A stretch of DNA of 20,000 nt, from contig JAXLNO010000149.1 in assembly GCA_038087875.1 (NCBI GenBank), forward strand, positions 59,105-79,104, in the 5' to 3' direction. Each line of letters starts with the position of its first letter. Within the stretch, counting starts at the first letter, position 1. Positions 17,539 to 20,000 of the stretch are shown here, one piece after another. The notes beneath the pieces were generated by a model that did not search any database, was not told where the DNA came from, and worked only from the letters and a program-made list of their open reading frames with translations. The translations under genes were made by a program, and so were the position numbers. The stretch is from Malacoraja senta (Eukaryota).

Positions 17539-20000
17539 GCAGAGAAGGGAAGCACTCGGACCCAAAATGTAGGGGAGAAAGAAGAAAAAGATAATAAACA
17601 GAGAATAAGTGGTGGTGGGTTTCTTAAATGTGTATATTTTAATGCTAGGAGCATTGTAAGAAAGGTGGATGAGCTTAGACCCTGGATTGACACCTGGAAG
17701 TATGATGTTGTGGCGATCAGTGAAACATGGCTGCAGGAGGGCTGTGATTGGAAACTAAATATTCCAGGATTTCGTTGCTTCAGGGGTGATAGAATTGGAG
17801 GGGCAAGAGGTGGGGGTGTTGCATTGCTTGTCAAGGAAGATATTACAGCAGTGCTTTGGCAGGATAGATTAGAGGGCTCGTCTAGGGAGGCTATTTGGGT
17901 GGAACTGAGAAATGGGAAAGGTGTAGCAACACTTATAGGGGTGTATTATAGACCGCCAAATGGGGAGCAAGAATTGGAAGAGCAAATATGTAAGGAGATA
18001 GCAGATATTAGTAGTAAGCACAAGGTAGTGATTGTGGGAGATTTCAATTTTCCACACATAGACTGGGAAACACATTCTGTAAAACGACTGGATGGTTTGG
18101 AGTTTGTAAAATGTGTGCAGGATAGTTTTTTTCAGCAACCCATAGAGGTACCTACTAGAGAAGGGGCAGTGCTGGACCTCCTGTTAGGAAATGAGACAGG
18201 GCAGGTAGCGGAGGTGTGCGTCGGGGAGCACTTCGGGTCCAGTGATCACAATACCATTTGTTTCAATATAATTATGGAGAGGGTCAGAACTGGACCTAGG
18301 GTTGAGATTTTTGATTGGAGAAAGGATAACTTTGAGGAGATGCGAAAGGATTTAAAAGGAGTGAATTGGGACATGTTGTTTTAAGGGAAGGATGTAGAAG
18401 AGAAATGGAGGACATTTAAGGGTGACATTTTAAGAGTACAGAATCTTTATGTCCCTGTTCGGTTGAAAGGAAATAGTAAAAATTGGAAAGAGCCATGGTT
18501 TTCAAGGGAAATTGGACACTTGGTTCGGAAAAAGAGATCTACAATAATTATAGGCAGCATGGAGTAAATGAGGTGCTTGAGGAGTATAAAGAATGTTAAA
18601 AGAATATTAAGAAAGAAATTAGAAAAGCTAAAAGATACGAGGTTGCTTTGGCAAGTAAGGTGAAAGTAAATCCAAAGGGTTTCTACAGCTATATTAATAG
18701 CAAAAGGATAACAAGGAATAAAATTGGTCCATTAGAGAGTCAGAGTGGACAGCTATCTGCAGAGCCAAAAGAGATGGGGGAGATACTGAACAATTTCTTT
18801 TCTTCGGTATTCACCAAGGAGAAGGATATGGAATTATGTGAGGTAAGGGAAACAAGCCGAGTAGCAATGGAAACTACGAGATTCAAAGAAGAGGAGGTGC
18901 GGACACTTTTGAAAAATATGAAAACGGATAAGTCTCCAGGTCCTGACAGGATATTCCCTAGGACATTGAGGGAAGTTAGTGTAGAAATAGCAGGGGCTAT
19001 GACAGAAATATTTCAAATGTCATTAGAAACGGGAATAGTGCCGGAGGATTGGCGTACTGCGCATGTTGTTCCGTTGTTTAAAAAGGGTTCTAAGAGTAAA
19101 CCTAGCAATTATAGATCTGTTAGTTTGACGTCAGTGGTGGGCAAATTAATGGAAAGGATACTTAAAGATAATATATATAAGCATCTGGATAAGCAGGGTC
19201 TGATTAGGAACAGTCAACATGGATTTGTGCCTGGAAGGTCATGCTTGACTAATCTTCTTGAATTTTTCGAAGAGGTTACTAGGGAAATTGATGAGGGTAA
19301 CGCAGTGGATGTGGTCTATATGGACTTCAGTAAGGCCTTTGACAAGGTTCCTCATGGAAGGTTGGTTAAGAAGATTCAATTGTTGGGTATTAATGGTGGA
19401 GTAGCAAGATGGATTCAACAGTGGCTGATTTGGAGATGCCAGAGAGTAATGGTGGATGGCTGTTTGTCAGGTTGGAGGCCGGTGACTAGTGGGGTGCCTC
19501 AGGGGTCTGTGTTGGGTCCACTGTTGTTTGTCATGTACATCAATGATCTGGATGATGGTGTGGAAAATTGGATTAGTAAGTATACAGATGATACTAAGAT
19601 AGGTGGTGTTGTGGATAATGAAGTCGATTTTCAAAGTCTACAGAGACATTTAGGCCATTTGGAAGAGTGGGCTGAAAGATGGCAGATGGAGTTTAATGCT
19701 GATAAATGTGAGGTGCTACATCTCGGCAGGACAAATCAAAATAGGACGTACATGGTAAATGGTAGCGAATTGAGGAATGCAGTTGAACAGAGGGATCTAG
19801 GAATAACTGTGCATAGTTCCCTGAAGGTGGAATCTCATGTAGATAGGGTGGTAAAGAAAGCTTTTGGTGTGCTGGCCTTTATAAATCAGAGCATTGAATA
19901 TAGAAGTTGGGATGTAATGTTAAAATTGTACAAGGCATTGGTGAGGCCAATTCTGGAGTATGGAGTACAATTTTGGTCGCCTAATTATAGAAGGATGTCA
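17539..20000 (+). mobile_element. Young CR1-clade LINE copy 3, 5'-truncated at the start of ORF2, runs off the window
   Basis: Near-identical to 9884-12350. APE ORF 17665..18384 ends at a premature TAA. Indels near 18532 and 18632, and catalytic YADD changed to YTDD at ~19581-19592. Confidence 0.96.

Overview
Eukaryotic, repeat-dense vertebrate DNA. The repeat families and the TRIM-type sequence suggest a cartilaginous fish such as a skate or ray (inference). The framework is the 3' part of a minus-strand TRIM/B30.2 (PRY-SPRY) gene or pseudogene: a 23-nt micro-exon (16341-16363), a 119-nt exon (16125-16243) and a terminal B30.2 exon (1314-1858) with poly(A) signals. Its ~14.3-kb last intron is almost all retroelements. 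Three young, near-identical plus-strand CR1-clade LINEs are present: two nearly full length (Zn-finger/coiled-coil/SGNH-esterase ORF1 plus APE-RT ORF2) and one 5'-truncated copy in the upstream intron. There are also several older CR1 fragments, a Penelope-like element (RT + GIY-YIG) split by three nested CR1 insertions and carrying a hammerhead-ribozyme-like motif, and an LTR-like 311-bp element followed by a CpG-rich block of 43-bp repeats. The strongest signal is at the CR1 ORF1/ORF2 junction: a correctly phased U_UUA_AAC slippery heptamer sits directly before the ORF1 stop, and ORF2 is in the -1 frame with no conserved AUG before its endonuclease. This suggests -1 programmed ribosomal frameshifting in a LINE.
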